Positions 62,634-64,000 of a stretch of DNA of 64,000 bases are shown here, piece after piece. The translations under genes were made by a program, and so were the position numbers. The stretch's first letter is position 1, and each line of letters begins with the position of its first letter. The notes beneath the pieces are model-generated. The model was not told the origin of the DNA. It did no database searches and worked only from the letters and a program-made list of their open reading frames with translations. The DNA comes from Sphyrna mokarran (taxonomy: Eukaryota), in NCBI GenBank assembly GCA_024679065.1, contig JAGIQG010000019.1, positions 23,994,001-24,058,000 on the forward strand. Reading direction: 5' to 3'.

Positions 62634-63181
62634 TCTAACTGTTCCTAGTCCCGTTCCTCCTCAACACTATGCTTGCTTAAAAATTACTAATTTTCAATTC
62701 AAAAGCAAAATAAATTTGCCAATCATGATGGCAGCTGAATATTTTTGACAAGTTTACTTTCACAAACTTTTCCAGTTATCTTTGCTGCCAATTTTGACAT
62801 GTGCAGCAATTAGCAAAAGGAGCATTTAGATACTTAAGGAAGTGGCATAATTATGAAGGAGCACAACTGGGTAGTATTATGGTCAAACCTTCTTAACAAT
62901 TTGTACACTAAAAAAACTCATCATTTTCCAGCTGATTGTTCAATTCTGCTTAGATCTGTTGTGATTTGTTGAATTGTCAAATTAATAGGGAAGTCTTCCT
63001 CTCTGTGGTAAAAGTAATGAAATCGACAACACTTTTATAAAGACTAGGTTTAGAATTAAATTTTGGATAAGCTCTCAGAAATGTTCCCTCTGCGTAGAGA
63101 ATTTAATAATTAATTATAAATATAAAATAAATTGTTATACTTGAAAGTTGATCAATTTTCCTGCTGTAGTCCTTGCAGTAT

Positions 63182-63532
63182 GGATGGCACAGCGGTTTAG
63201 CACTGCTGCCTCACAGTATCATATATCCAGCCACAGTATCATATATCCGACCCAATATCATATCCGGCCTCTAGTTGCTCTCCGTCTGGAGTTTTCATAC
63301 TCTCCCTGTGTCTGCATGCGGTTCCTCCAGGTGCTAAGGTTTCTTCCCACAGTCCAAAGATATGCAGGTTAGGTAGATTGGCCATGCTAAATTGACCCTA
63401 GAGTCAGGGGATTAGCAGGGTAAACACATGAAATTACAGGAATAGGGCCTGGTTGGGATTGTGGTTGGTGTGGGCTCGATGGGCCAAATGTTCTCCTTCT
63501 GAACTGTAGGGATTCGCTGATTCCATGATTCT
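63182..63532 (+). mobile_element. HE1-like V-SINE, type A, with the B-box region replaced by a tandem repeat
   Basis: A-box, CACAGTATCATATATCC x2-3, V-domain and tail. Confidence 0.85.
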
Positions 63533-64000
63533 AATTGTGCGGTGTTGGGGTAGAGATTGGGACAGACAATTCTTAAAGACAATTGTCATATGATTTATTC
63601 AGCTAGTTTTACACCAGGGTCATTCAACTTACTTTCCTATTGCTAACAACCTCGATGTAGGTCTCTGTCCCTGACTTTGATTAATCGTTGGCAACGAAGG
63701 ATTACACAAATAATCAGGGAAGGGCATGCCTTATCTCTTTTTCTTTAACATGCTGTAGGGTTAAATATTCTTTTTCTGATTTGGCATGCAAAAGGAAAAT
63801 ACTGTGCAATCTGATATAAAAGCAGCAAATGTTGGAATCCACAGTAAGTTTGTTGTGTTAAGCCTACTTGCGACAGTAATAAGTAAACTTAAACTTTAAA
63901 TATTGAGCAGGTCATGCAGTGTCTGAGAAGTGAGAAACAGAGTTAAGGGGCTGAATTTTAGAAATGGAGGTGGTATAAACAGGAGTAGCAGAGTTCAAAA

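Overview
This is AT-rich, repeat-dense vertebrate non-coding DNA (intron or intergenic), most likely from a shark. The taxon is inferred from many HE1-type tRNA-derived V-SINEs and their CR1 (HER1-like) partner LINEs. No intact host protein-coding gene, rRNA, tRNA gene or CRISPR array is visible. Almost every ORF in the track is a transposon fragment or a chance ORF. Recognisable elements are: many 5'-truncated CR1 LINEs (one young copy with a 262-codon open ORF2 end); V-SINEs with two different 3' tails; a Deu-domain SINE; Rex1/Babar, RTE, L2 and Tx1 remnants; a Gypsy pol fragment; three decayed PIF/Harbinger transposases with many Harbinger-type MITEs; and at least three families of Penelope-like element (PLE) ends carrying minimal hammerhead ribozyme (HHR) motifs. 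The most striking object is a 251-bp PLE-derived foldback insertion at 49710-49960. It has a perfect 60-bp inverted repeat, a 9-bp target-site duplication (TSD) whose removal restores the host transposase frame, and an HHR with compensatory changes in both stems but a non-canonical core. A motif-dense promoter-like segment (~11.6-11.9 kb) and two exon-like segments hint at a + strand transcript. All family calls come from visual motif recognition, not database searches, and boundaries are approximate unless given as exact.
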